Shown: piece by piece, positions 1 to 12,853 of the stretch
Layout of the letters: every line of letters begins with the position of its first letter
How positions within the stretch are numbered: position 1 is the first letter of the stretch
Translations under genes and position numbers: made by a program
NCBI GenBank assembly: GCA_013265495.1
Contig: MU058259.1
Coordinates: forward strand, 204,437-268,436
Reading direction: 5' to 3'
Source of the DNA: Vicugna vicugna
Taxonomy: Eukaryota
Length of the DNA stretch: 64,000 nt
The notes under the pieces: model-generated
The model's database searches: none
Seen by the model: the letters and a program-made list of their open reading frames with translations, nothing else
Told to the model about the DNA's origin: nothing

Positions 1-835
1 AATGGTTTATAGTTTTCTGTGTATAATTCTTTCACCTCCTTGGTTAGATTTATTCCCAGATATTTTATTACTTTGGGTGCTATTTTAAAGGGGATTGTTT
101 CTTTACTTTCTTTTTCTGTTGATTCATCATTAGTGTAAAGAAATGCAACTGACTTTTGAACGTTAATCTTGTAACCTGCTACCTTGCTGAATTTTTCGAT
201 CAGCTCTAGTAGTTTTTGTGTGAACCTTTTAGGGTTTTCTATGTATAGTATCATGTCATCTGCATATAGTGACACTTTTACCTCTTCTTTTCCAATTTGG
301 ATACCTTTTTTTTCTCTCCCTGCCTGATTGCTGTGGCTGAGACTTCTAAGACTATGTTGAATAAGAGTGGTGACAGTGGGCATCCTTGTCTTGTCCCAGA
401 TTTTAGTGGGAAGCTTTTGAGTTTTTCACCGTTGAGCACTATGCTGGCTGTAGGTTTGTCATATATAGCTTTTATTATGTTGAGATATGTTCACTCTATA
501 CCCACTTTGGTGAGAGTTTTTATCATAAATGGGTGTCAACTTTTGTCAAAAGCTTTTTCTGCATCTATTGAGATGATCGTGTGGTCTTTGTCCTTTCTCT
601 TGTTGATGTGATGTATTACATTGATTGATTTGCGTATGTTGAACCAGCCTTGTGTCCCTGGGATGAACCCCACTTGATCATGATGTATAATCTTTTTTAT
701 GTGCTGTTGGATTCTATTTGCTAATATTTTGATAAGGATTTTTGCATCTATGTTCATCAGTGATATTGGCCTATAATTCTCTTTTTTGGTAGTGTCTTTG
801 CCTGGTTTTGGTATCAGGGTGAGGGTGGCTTCATA
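1..835 (-). mobile_element. LINE-1 ORF2 (reverse transcriptase region), 5'-truncated, runs off window start
   Basis: ORF 536..757 [34 protein letters not shown] is L1 RT. YADD codons are at 255-266 on the minus strand. Frame is broken near 540. Colinear with 17680-18485. Confidence 0.97.
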
Positions 836-1554
836 ACTAAAACATCATCTTACCAGGACAGGGGAGGGAGGCAGTGGGGATTGTGAGCTACGATTCTCTC
901 AATAGATTTAGAGATAAAAATGGAATCATATGTGACTTCCTGGAAGTTTCCTTCTGGTGAGTGCCTTCTTGCTTTTCCACAACAAAGAAAAGAGGGGAAA
1001 ATGCCCCCATGCCAAACAAACCCTTGGTCCATTCCAGTACCTTTGGGGAGGCAGCAATATATTACCACTCAATGTTTTCTCTTCTGCCTTTCAGAAATTG
1101 TGCATGCTTGGGTTCACTGTCTCCCATAGTGTTTTCCATGGAACAGCTAACCTGGTACCAAAAATTCATCTGGGATGGCTTCCCCTTAGTTAAGAAGGTC
1201 AAGATTATTGTTAGTCCCACAGTCTAGCAGAGAAACAAAGTCCAACAGTTGGGAATTTCATCGTGGAGTCAAGTTGGCTTCCATACAGGCTCTTATTCGG
1301 ACATTTTCACCAAAAGCATCTGAGTTTTTGCATAGACCTTGGGCACAGGAACCTCTGTAACAAGTACACTGATTCTCATGTGGGGTACAACTCCCTGAAG
1401 CTGTAATCTGAGACGGCACACCAAGTCCTTGGGGGAAGGGGCAGAAGCCTCTTTGGTAGTGATTGCCTTGAGATTTAGAAATCCAAGTAGTTGGTGAAAA
1501 ACATGTTCTGAGATACCATACAAACTTGGATTTCTATTTATTTGTCTCACAAAC

Positions 1555-1810
1555 TCATATGTAGCACTTACTATGTGGCAACACTGTTTTACTCACTTTA
1601 TAAATATTAATTCACTTAATCTTCATGACAACACTATCAGGTAGTTACTGTTAATCTCCCCATTTTACAAATGAGTATCCCAAGGAGCAGAAAGGTTAGA
1701 TCACAAAGATTAGATCACACACTTGCTCAAAGTCACACAGCTTAGTAATTGGTAGAGTTGGAATTCCAATCCAGAGGTCTAGCTCCGTAATGCATATGTT
1801 TTAAACACTA
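1555..1810 (-). mobile_element. MIR SINE
   Basis: agcacttactatgtg...cccattttacaaatgag...gtcacacagc...ggtagagttggaattcc resembles the reverse complement of the MIR core. Boundaries approximate. Confidence 0.8.
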
Positions 1811-4800
1811 GAGTAATTGGAAAATGGGTGAGATTTCAAAATCACATGTCTTGAGAATTCCCTAAAAAAACAGGTTACCTAGCCCATGCAATGATCAAGA
1901 CTATTCTAGGGGTTCACAATCTGTCCAGACAATTAACTGAATTAGAATGAAAATGATCTGGACAGATCTTGAACCCCTGGAGTATTCTTGATTGTTAACA
2001 TAGAATTATTCTCCCTGTTTCAGAAACTCTTAAGACATCTGATTTTGAAATCTTTATCAATTTCCCACTACTATAGTGGTTTAAAATGAGAATATTTGGG
2101 GAGAACACTTTTCTCTACCAACGACAGCCTAAGTAAATGCTAACATGTAAATAAATGGTTTTGTAAGAAATGGCCTGGGTGCTTGGACCTAAGAGAGGAA
2201 GATTTTTATTTTGATTATCAGTATCCAAAATGGCGTGAGACCCAGAGAATGATGGCTGCTTAGCAGAACGTGGAGAACAATCTCTGCCAAAAAATATGGC
2301 AAATGAAGAGTTAATTCGAGTTTTTCCTAGTGGTCTCAGTTATATCTCTCCTTAAATACTGAAAAATTGAGACAAAGGTAACAGTTTTCCCCTGCAAATC
2401 ACCATTGTTTGCATTAATCTCATCTCTTCCCTCTTTCCCAAACAAGGAGGAGCATTGATACCCATTCACCGTCACCTTAGGGTCACACCGACATCATGGC
2501 CACCGACTTCTGGTTTCCCCGCCATAAAGCGGCTTCCAGCAGATGTGCTGCGCAGGGTTGTGAGAACGCTGGCTGCAAGGGCTATTTCACTGTGTTGCCT
2601 TCTGTGACAGCATGATCCATTGGCTGCTCTTTGGAAGACAATATAGCAAAAAGAATTGGCCCCTGCTGGTGCTTAAAAGGTGCTGAAAGGGGAGTGTTAA
2701 TTTATTGCTAATATACACTGTGTTAAAAATAGAAAGAAAAGTGTCTTTTGTTCCCACTTTGCCTTTTGGTGCGCTAGAAGCCGAGTGGGGGATTTAGTGG
2801 CCATGATTAGAGGTCACGTTTTGGTCACAACTTAAACCTGTACCTTTGGCTGAGAGGTAGGTGAATGAAATCCTTTGTTCCATGCCTGTGGGGAAGCTAC
2901 CCAAAGGAGCTGTCCTCTGCAGAGGCCAGGACACACCACACTAAAGTTGGCAGCATTTATCTCCTGGCTTCAGACCTTCTGAACTTGCATTTGCGCTTTC
3001 TGCCTGTCCACCCGCTGCAGCGCTAATGGGCTTTGGAAAACTTCCGCGGTGGATCAGGTCTGCTGGCGACAGGCACAGAGGAAACAGGCTCAAGAACCCT
3101 GAGCCTTCATTTCAGGGGTCTGGAAATAGAGGCTGGGAGAGAAAAATGGCCCTTCCGAGAGACTCCTAATAAATAGTCTGTGGATTGAAGACTTGTGGAC
3201 TCAGAGTGGTCAGACGGGAGCCGTCTTTAAGGGAGATGTGAGGAGGCTTCTGCGAGCTTCAGAGAGTGGATTTCCTCCTGCACTTAGGTATCTTTATAAG
3301 CTGCTGATGGGTGTTCAGGCCCTGAGAAGCAGGCATAGCCAGAGGGGCAAATTTGCAGAGGGAGAAGTCTTACCTGGCTTTTCTGGAGGATATGACTGCT
3401 GGCCCCTGTTCGGCTCCCAGGGTCAGTCACCAATTGCCTCCTCTACCCCTGGCAGTGCCAGCTCCTAAACTGTCCCTTGTTTTGAGGAAGCCAGCAGAGC
3501 CCCTGGGAATCAGACTTGGCTGCAGTCAGAAACAGTTTCAGTGATTAATTATTTAATTAACATATTTGGAGTTTCGACCACCTTTAATATCATCTACATC
3601 TATAAAAACTCTTATGAAATAAGGCAACTATTTATGTGGAAATAGCCTAAAATTGCCTCCCTGGCCAATTTGGAGGAAGGGAAATGATAGTAGCCTGGAT
3701 CTAACTACCTCTGCTGCTCTTTAGAGGATTTCCAAAATTTATGATTCTTTTTCCTAGAGAAAAAATTAAGTACACTTTTCTTCATCTGATTCCCTCCCTA
3801 TTCTCTCCCTCCCTTTCTCTTCCCACCCGTTCCGATTTATCTAAATCCATTAGAAATGGACTGGCCCAACCCATACATGAAAAAAGATCAGGTGGATGGA
3901 GCACTGGGTGAGAGGCAGCTGGAGAAGCAGTGGTCTTCCCCACTGGGCTGGGAAGCTGTGAGAAGACAGTTAATTTCTCAGTGTTAAGTGTCCCTTCGTC
4001 TGGCCTGCCTGCTTGAGAGTGACCCACTTTCAGTTCAGTTTTGTTGTGTGTCGGGAACTCCCTGGCTCAGCCTGAAAGGTCACCCACTCAGCTTTCTGTG
4101 CCATGAAGAGAAATTAGTCAGGGCCTCCCGGAGAGGTCTCCCCAAGAGTGGGCCCTTGGCTATTCATCATTTGAGGCGAGTTCTCCAGCTTTGCACTGGT
4201 CCAGCATTTTATTAAGCAAAGGCATTGCTGGTAGCCTGGGGCTTGGTAAGAAAGCTGTGTGTTCTGTCCTTTTAAGAAGAAAAGGGGTAGGGGTGGGATG
4301 AGTCTTTAAGGAGAAAGATGATGCAACCAAAAATAAAAATAAATAAAAAGTGCAGACCATAATTAGATCTGTTCTTTTTATTTATATCATATAATCAGAA
4401 ACCACAGTTGAAACCTTCCTCCTCCGGTAATAAAATTGTGCGTGTCAATCATTGCTGGGCAAAATACATTTTTTTTTGCTGTATTACATCTCACAAGAAG
4501 TCTGAGTGACCTTTAAATCTTAAATTGCAACCACATAATGTGGCCCCAGCTGTACAAGCCTGTTTTCCTTTTCTTTTTGTCCCTCTTCCTTCCTACAAAA
4601 ATAAAGTGGTCCAGATCTACCAACAGTTCAGGTATGACATTAATCAAAAACCCAGTAGAAATGAGAAAGTCATTCTTGCAGCAGGCAAGAGTGTAGAGCT
4701 GTGAGCCAGGACATTCAAGTTTGCCTCTAAACTGACATGAAAACAAAAAACCTTGCTTAATCAGAACCTAATACCGACCCAGTCTAATCCTCATGGGTCA

Positions 4801-5607
4801 ATCTATTAACGTGTTTAGCGTCAGTATCACTCACTGCCCCTCCCCCTCCCCCTGGAAAGAGCAATCTGTATTTAGAAACTGTTTAGTTTATACAGATTAT
4901 ATATAACTACTGTTTCGTTTATTTGTGTTTGCTCTTTCCATGGCTCTTGTACTCATAGTTGAGGACACATATAGCACTCAGAAAGGAGTTCTTAAAGATT
5001 TGTCAAAGGACAGGAATAGGCAAAAAGAAAATGGTGAAACAGCTTCCCATAAAGATGATAAATTGAGTTGGTAGAAGAGTCTTTGCTCTATTTTCCCACT
5101 TTAACCCTCTGATACACATGAGATGTGTCACTCTAAAGTTTATGGCAATTAAAGGAAAAAGAATGTTTGAAGCCCCTTGGTCCTGGCTGCCCGTAGCAAC
5201 CACACTTAAAGGTCTTCATTACAGAAAATTTAACAACTGTGACCAGGGCCAGCCCATGAAATGAGCTGATGGGAATGTTTGCCACCAAAGTATTATTGTA
5301 GGGGAAAATTCGATGCTGACCAGGAGAACTGGTCAGCCACGGCTCTCGTTCTCCCTGGAATGCCAAGTAGGTCATAGTAACCTAATTGAACTTGGATTCC
5401 TCTTCTGTAAATGCAGCAGAATTCTATTTAAAGAGCTATTAAGTCCCACCCATTGAAATAGTCTAGGATTTTGGAGTAGAATAACATTTTCTTTGACCTC
5501 ATTTTTCTTCTAGGGAGATGTAAATAAAGTTAAATGTGACAATTCAGTTAAAGTGTTAGATGGCTTCTCTCTGGACCATAGCTCTGATGTCAGGGAGATG
5601 AATTAGT

Positions 5608-5778
5608 AAGTAGTTTTAACCTTTTGTGGATCATGGATTCTTCTGAGAATCTGATGAAAACTCTAGTTCCTCTCCCCAGGAAAACAAATATATGCCTATT
5701 TATGCTCACTTTGTACAAAGGTCACATTGGGGATTTCCAGAAGCACATCATTGGATCCCAGTTGAGAACTGGGAGATA
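5608..5778. mobile_element. hAT-Charlie MITE (Charlie4z-like)
   Basis: ttttaaccttttgtggatcatggattc...gagaatctgatgaaa...ggatcccagttgagaac has Charlie-type termini. Confidence 0.6.
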
Positions 5779-5994
5779 TTAAAGCTCCTTCCAAGCTCCA
5801 GAAGTCTGTATTTACATTATACAGTTCTAGGCTGGACAATATTTTCAGCATTTACTAGTTTATTAGGCATTTTAACTTCCAAGGTCATCTCAGGGCAGAG
5901 GTGGAGGACAGCCCTCAAACATCTCCTCATTCTCCCAGATCTTTCCCATTCTACCTTCCTCCTGAATTATACCCTGGTTAACATTATTTATATC

Positions 5995-6840
5995 TAGCAA
6001 ATGAGTATTAGTACATACTATGTGCCAGACATGTATATTTTAAAAATTAATGTTAATCCTTACAAAAACCCTACAACATAGATAGTATTGTGATTCCTGT
6101 ATTACAAGTAAGAAGACCAAGGCACAAGAAGGAAATCTACTTCAGGATGACACCTGCACTCCAATGTTCATAGCAGCACTATTTACAATAGCCAAAACAT
6201 GGAAACAGCCTAAATGTCCATCAATAGGTGACTGGATAAAGAAGATGTGGTATATTTATACAATGGAATACTACTCAGCCATAAAAACCGACAACATAAC
6301 GCCATTTGCAGCAACATGGATGCTCCCAGAGAATATCATTCTAAGTGAAGTAAGCCAGAAAGAGAAAGAAAAATACCATATGAGATCGCTCATATGTGGA
6401 ATCTAAAGACTCATGGACAGAGAATACAGACTTGTGGTTACCAGGGGGGTAGAGGGTGGGAAGGGATAGACTGGGATTTCAAAATTGTAGAATAGATAAA
6501 TAAGATTACACTGTATAGCACAGGGAAATATACACAAAATGTTATGATAAATCACAGAGAAAAAAATGTAACAATGAGTGTGTATATGTCCATGAATGAC
6601 TGAAGGATTGTGCTGAACACTGGAATTTGACACAACATTGTAAAATGATTATAAATCAATAAAAAATGTTAAAAAAATACATTGCATTAAAAACAAAGGT
6701 GATACACACACACACAAAAAAAGAAGACCAAGGCACAGAGAAGTTAAATAATTTGCCCAAGGTCACTGAATTAGTGAGTGGTGGATCTGGGGTTTTGAAC
6801 CCAGCAATCTGGCTCCAGAGTCTGTGCTCTTAACCATTAT
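5995..6840 (-). mobile_element. MIR SINE interrupted by an L1 fragment
   Basis: MIR sequence stops at 6126 and resumes at 6721 (ggcacagagaagttaaataatttgcccaaggtcac...gctcttaaccat). Confidence 0.8.
6127..6720 (+). mobile_element. 5'-truncated LINE-1 (ORF2 C-terminus + 3' UTR) with 17-bp TSD
   Basis: ORF 6164..6406 MFIAALFTIAKTWKQPKCPS...ICGI. Perfect TSD aagaagaccaaggcaca at 6110-6126 and 6721-6737. Confidence 0.97.
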
Positions 6841-6984
6841 GACCCATTTCTAAAGTATTTGGGTAATGGAGAGTTCAAAACAAAAACCATTCTGTGAAAA
6901 TTCTTCAAGTTGTATACTTATGATTTGTGTATATTTCTGTATGTATTGTACTTCAGTTTTTAAAGTTACTTTGAAAATCTCCTA

Positions 6985-7450
6985 TATCAATTGGGAATAC
7001 TTTTGGTAGCAAGAAAAATCTCTTGAATAGTGGCCTAAACCAGAGGGGTAATTAGTATTTATTTAACGAGGAGGTGGGTGGTCTCAGAGTTGATTCGGCA
7101 GCTTGATGGCATCCTCATGGCCCAGGATCTTTCCACTTTCTCTTGCCCATTTTCTGTGTTCTCGCAGTCTTTTCTTCTGGTCACAAATGGCTCCTATGCC
7201 TCCGGCCATCATATCCGTGTAGGAAGGGATGGGCAGTAAAGGAGTTCTCCTCACATACTTACTCCTCTCCTTTTGTAAAACCTCCTGGCAGGCTTTCCCA
7301 TTAGTCTCATTGGTCAGAATTAGGGAACACAGCCACTTTCATATAAAGGAAACTGGGAAAGCGAGCCTGCCTTTTCCAGCCTCTATGGGCTATGATGTAG
7401 TAGGAAAGAGGGTGGAGATGAACATTGGGTATCTCTCAACAGTATCCACT
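6985..7450 (-). mobile_element. Old MaLR LTR (MLT1K/L/M-like), degenerate
   Basis: gtggcctaaacc...gtctcattggtcagaattaggg...aaggaaactgggaaag typical of old MLT1 elements. Confidence 0.5.
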
Positions 7451-8059
7451 ACATGTCCTTGGGTAACAACACTTCTGCATTAAGAGAGGAGAGGAAGGAA
7501 AAGTGAAGGAGAAGCCTTCTTTGAGATCAAAGATAGCCAACTACTTTTTTCCCCTCTAGGTTAGAAAAAGCCTCACAATGATCCCTTCAGAAGATGTAGA
7601 ATATGGCTGATAGAGAATACTATTTGGAATAGCAGATTTGAAAGTCTCTCCCATCAAATTGGAGGGTTGAGCTCTTAACCAATGGCTTAATTTGAATCTT
7701 TGAAAAATGGTCATTTCATTACCTTCTCCTCTCTCCTCTGTCCTCTCTCCTTCTTTAATGGAGTATACATCAAATTTAGTGTGTCTCCCAGACACCAGGC
7801 TAGATTTAGCTAGATGGTGCAAGTTTTCCAACTTTCTACTAATTCTTGTACATTTTTAGCAATTAAAATGCCTGAAGGGACTACCATTCTGGTAGGAGGA
7901 AAAGAGCATTTGGTTAAATGGTCTTGCCCTCAGCTTTGTGTCTGAATGGCAATGACCCTTCTTCTGTTTACATTATCTACTAACTCCTTAAAATTCATGT
8001 ATGGAGATAGAGCTATTTTTCTGCAGCTTTCAAGAACTTTATCACCAGAGTGTTTGGCT

Positions 8060-8480
8060 AGTCTTAGTTTAAGTTTACCCAGAAGAAGATGTTGAGACAA
8101 GGATTCTGGTACAAATCTTTTCTTGGGTGATGAAGGAAGTACTGGTGGAGGAATGGGGAAGTGATACAGGGAAGGGAAGGCAGTGAACAAAGGGTGCATT
8201 ATCAGGTAAATTACCATATTGACTGAGTGGACCTCACTGGAAAATTCTGAGATGATGTAAAACACATAGTTTAGAGTTTTTCTAACTGAAGGCAAGAGAG
8301 CTGGGGTATTTATACATCAGCTGCCCAGTATTATTGGAGGAAGCTCCTTCCAAATGGTGTTAATTCCCTGGCATTTCTCTCCTGTGACACAGGCAGACAA
8401 ATCTTTTGGCAGTGGCTAGAGACAGCACTCAGACAAAAAATGTAGGTGCTAGTATTTGGAAATGGTGAGGGTAAGGGGAT
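8060..8480. mobile_element. ERVL LTR (LTR33/LTR41-like)
   Basis: cccagaagaagatgttgagacaaggatt...ggggaagtgatacagggaagggaagg; similar to 61065-61450. Confidence 0.6.
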
Positions 8481-9519
8481 GTAGGTCTCTTAGAATTAAA
8501 GTCCAGAGCCCTCTGCTCTTCCTTTTTCCCCCCCATTTGATAATCAAAGTAACTATGGTCCAGATAGGTAAAGTCTCACACTTTGGCAGTGCCTGGCCTG
8601 CAATGGCAACCAGGTATCTACCTTTTCATCTTAGATTCTTTTATCCTCACCATGTTATTCACAAATCAAGGGGGATACTTAAAATAATAAAAGATTATTG
8701 CTTGGTTGAATTGTCATGAAATTTAGAAAATAATTTTTCTCTGTGTTATTAGTAGTGTGTGATTATTAGGAGAATATAATTGTTAAAGTTAATAAATTGG
8801 TTATGGAACAAGGTAAAAATAATCACCAACACTCCTTTCTCTGCACATATGCCTCTTGGACATTGGATGATCTTTCTATAGCCGTGAGCAAGACTATTCT
8901 CAGTTCTGGGTCCTTCTGCTATGCCCTTTGGATATTCTTTGAAGTCTTCTGCTTAAAATCTGTCCACTAGACTATTAAATACAAGACCATATGATGTAGC
9001 TGGCCCCATCCTCTTGCAACACTCCTAGTGCTTCTTAAAAATGCAATAAGAAAAGAATTTGCAAAACCTTCTAGTCCCACAGGGAATTGAAGAAACCCTG
9101 TAGGTGGAGCTCTAAGATATGAGAGTGTTTAGGAAAGTCTTAGGGAAGAAGAAAGCTCAGCTTCACAAAAAGATCTGAAGTGGAACATTTGGCCAGTGTT
9201 TCTCTCTGGATGTTTTACTCTCTGAACTACGTAGACTGTTCTTCATACACTTCTGGGGGCTCCTAGGGGTCTTCACAGTCTCTGCTCCGTTCTGATTTCC
9301 CTCCTTTTCTCTAATCTTCTTCTTACCTCACTCACCCATTTCTCCTACTCTATAAAGGACTTAATCCTGGGTCAGAAATCAAAAGAATTTGAATAGAAGC
9401 AAAGTGTTCAGATTGACCTCTCTCTTTTAAGTAGGTTTTGACATCTTTGTACCCAGAGGTTCATGGCTGGATTTTCCAACTAAAACTCTTTAGACAGAGC
9501 TCCTCTGTTGCTTCTCTTT

Positions 9520-9950
9520 CTTTTATTTAAATTGTGGACTAATATGCACAATGTAAAGTATAAAAATTTCAGGTGTACAGCTCAGTAAAGTTTAACAAAG
9601 TGAAACTTCCAGGTAGCCACCACCCAGGTTAAAGTGTGCATTATCAGCACCCAGAAGCCTACTTTATGTCTCCCAAGTCATTACCAACACCCCAAAGTAG
9701 AGATGATCTTTTACCATAGATAAGTTTTGCACATTTTTGAACTTCACATAAATGGAACCACACAGCACATACTTTTGTTTGTCTGGCTTCTTTTGCTCAA
9801 CTTTGGGTCTGCAAGATTGGTCCATGGTGCATCTGTGGTGGTGTGATCAGCAGTAATTTATTTCTTTTTTCATTGCTGTGTAGTATTTGAGTGTGAGAAT
9901 CAACTACAAGTTATCTGTCCATTTGGGTCATTTGCAGCATCTTAGTACTG
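9520..9950 (-). mobile_element. Ancient L1 (L1M-type) 3' UTR fragment
   Basis: gtgtacagctcagtaaag...tttttgaacttcacataaatggaacc...gtctggcttcttttgctcaac. Confidence 0.75.
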
Positions 9951-10695
9951 AATTTCAGAAGGTCATTGGGATGGGATGGGGTCATAATTATATTTAGACA
10001 TTTATGCCTAAAAACATTCATCAGCAGATTGACAATAGCCAAGTCTATTTATTTAGCTAACATGTATATAGAACTTACTATGTGTCAAGCTCTGACCTAA
10101 CTACTTTATAAATGTAAACTCATTTAGCTTTCATAACAACACTCTGAGGTAGGCCACCCTTATTGTTCCCATTAAACAGATGCAGAAGCTTAGACATGGA
10201 TTGGTTTAGTTAAGTCACTTGCCTAAGGTTGAGTAGCTAATATGCAGAAGATGAGAAAGTTCTGGCCAGTGGAACTGGCTTAGATCATGTCTCTACTGTG
10301 TCCCTTGGATGTGTTCTATTACAGCACCCAGAACACTGTAGTATGTGTCTTTACCTCTCTTTTTGCTCCTCTGGACTATGAGCTTGAACACAGCATCTGT
10401 GTCTTGTTTTTGCCAGTGTTGGTTCAATGAACAAGCCAGGGGCTTTGCTGAAGTAAATGATTGTGTGAGGAGGGAGTTTAGTGTGGGGCAATGAATTCAT
10501 GGGCCCCTTTTGTTAAAGTGCAGTCTATTTTCCTGGTGAAAACTGGGAAAGCAGGATCTGCAAGGAGGTAGGGAAGACAGAAGGAAAGGGGAAGAGAAGA
10601 GAGTCTGTGTTGCCCATTGCTTGTAGATTAACTATGCAAACTGCTCAGAACTTTTTATGACTTAAATTGGAGAAAAGAGTGAGGAGGAAGAGCCT

Positions 10696-11010
10696 AGAGC
10701 TGTGCTGACCAATAGAAATAGAACATGAGCCACACGTGTAATTTTAATTTTTCTAGAAGCCACATTTTAAAAAGTAAAAAAGAAACAGGTGAAGTTAATT
10801 GTAATAATATCTTATATTTATCCCAGTGTATCCAAAACAGTGTAATTTCAACATGTGATCAACTTAAGAATTATTAATTACACATTCTTTTTTTAGTAAG
10901 TCTTTTTTTTTTACTAAGTCTTCAGAACATACGATACATCTTAACTCGGATCGGCCATATTTCAAGTGGTCAACAGCTACCTGTGGTTCCTGGCTACTGT
11001 GCTAGGATGG
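10696..11010. mobile_element. MER33-like hAT-Charlie MITE
   Basis: agagctgtgctgaccaatagaaat...gagccacacgtgtaattttaatttttctag...atttcaagtggtcaacagc; second copy at 29368-29685. Confidence 0.8.
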
Positions 11011-11019
11011 TGGAAACCT

Positions 11020-11185
11020 GGAGCCTTGCTACTCAGTGTGGTCCTTAGAACAGCAGCATCACAACAGGAAGTTTTCGAGAAGCGCAGAATCCTCAGCCCC
11101 ATCCCACTCTTACTGAATCAAAACCTGCCTTTTAAGGAGCTCCGGGGGTGATTTGTTTGCACATCAAAGTTTGAGAAGCCGACCT
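11020..11185. mobile_element. MER5A-like MITE
   Basis: ttgctactcagtgtggtcc...agcagcatc...gcagaatcctcagcccc...aaagtttgagaagc. Confidence 0.8.
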
Positions 11186-11287
11186 AGTGATCACTGCATT
11201 GAAAGGGTGTTTTCTAATGAATGGCAGATAATAACTCCCTAATCCTGAAATCACAACCATAAGGTCTCTGTCATTAACTTCATTTGT

Positions 11288-11385
11288 TAGTTTCCCTCCT
11301 TTCCTTCCCTGACTCCTTGCCTCCTTTCCTCCCCTGCCTCCTTGCCTCCTTTCCTCCCTTCCTTCCTTTCTTGCTTCCTTCCCTC
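11288..11385. repeat. Pyrimidine-rich (CCTT)n-like low-complexity tract
   Basis: Degenerate ccttccttcc repeats seen directly. Confidence 0.8.
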
Positions 11386-12361
11386 AGCTAGTTCCCACAT
11401 TAAAAACACTTTTTCAATCAATACTGCTGCTTCCCTCAAATGATAGTGCCAAGCTATGAAATTTTGCCAGCTCATCCTTTGTGAATGAAGGGAAGTGGAT
11501 TCAGCCGCAGTCCTGTCTTTCTGCCATTATCCTGTATTAAATGTCCTTCAATTAGTGTATGCTCCGGGGCCCCTGCGAGACCCCCTGCTGGTTTATGTCA
11601 CTTATGCATTAACCTCGTTGGTTACCAAACATCCCTATTATTAAGCGATTAAAAGCCAGGCTTATTCACCTGCCAGCCCTTTAGTTTCCTTTTCCATCTC
11701 CTGGATGATTTTCCCAGATGGAATTTTTGTGATTCTCTGCACATCCATCTTTTCCTTTATCTTCCAGGAACTTATTTCCTCTGCCGCCCTCTATTCTTTC
11801 TCTTCCTTTCTTTTTCCCTGTCCCATTCTTCCTCTCTCCCCACAGTGTGCTGTCTTTCTGCAATTTTTTTAAATACCACTCTCTCTTCCCAGGAGAAGGT
11901 AATTACTTGCTTGAGAACAGGTTGGTTATAGCTGTGTGTGCATTCACCAAGCTGGAGCCTCGTCAGCAAGGCTGTTTCCAGCCCCTGCTGGCTCAAGCGA
12001 CATTTGGCAAGTCATCGCTTTCTAACCCCGTGCAATTGTTTTTGCCAATTTGATGAAATTGTGAAGCAGGTTGCAATGCTGGCAGTTTGAAAATGGTTAC
12101 TGCATAGTTATAGAATCATATTTTGAAAACTTGTTTTGTATATTTTGTCCACCTTACCTGCTTGTTTTTAAAGAGCAATGAGATAATTTTAGCTATGTCT
12201 GTGTAGTATTAAGCTTGAATTTTTTTGAGAGAAAATTCAGGATGAAGATAAAAATGCTCAGCCCATAGGAATGTGCTTTATTTTCAAGTTGACATTTCAC
12301 CAAGGAGGCAATGGGAGCTGTCTATTTTGCTCTCCTTGCTCTGGTATCTCATGTTGCCTAT

Positions 12362-12680
12362 AGCAGGAAACAGCCAATCACAGCTGATAGGCCTCCTGTT
12401 TTTGTATGGCCAGTAGCTAAGAATGTTTTTACATTTTTCAGTGGTAGGAAACAAATGAAAACACAAATATTTTGTGATACCTAAAAACTACATGAAATTC
12501 AAATTTCAATATCCATAAGTCAAGTTTTCTTGGTTGCACAACCATGCCGTCATTCATTGTTGTCCATGGCTACTTTCTCACTATAATGGCAGAGTTGAGT
12601 GGTTATGATGGACTGTATGGCCTGCAAAGCCCAAAATATTTACTCTCTGCTGCATTACAGACAAAGTTTGCTGATCCCAT
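12362..12680. mobile_element. MER58B-like hAT MITE
   Basis: cctgtttttgtatggcc...gctaagaatgtttttacatttt...ggcctgcaaagcccaaaatatttactc...aaagtttgctgatccc. Confidence 0.75.
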
Positions 12681-12689
12681 ATCATGGGG

Positions 12690-12853
12690 GCACTGATTCC
12701 CAACTTGGGCTGCCTCTTGGGGAGCTTTAAAAAATACAGATGCATGAGTCTTGCCCCTAAAGATACTGATTTAATTGTTTGGGGTGTATCCTAGGAATTG
12801 GTCATTTAAAAAACTCTAGGTGATTCTCCTTTGCAGCCAAGGTTCAGAACCAC
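12690..12853. mobile_element. MER5A1-like MITE
   Basis: ggggagctttaaaaaatacagatgc...gatactgatttaattg...ggtgattctc...gcagccaaggttcagaaccac. Confidence 0.75.

Noticed and set aside
297..611. Hydrophobic + strand ORFs here and at 16748..17173, 17825..18130 and 21447..21818
   Set aside because: Antisense shadows of A-rich L1 ORF1/ORF2, a known source of spurious membrane-protein calls.
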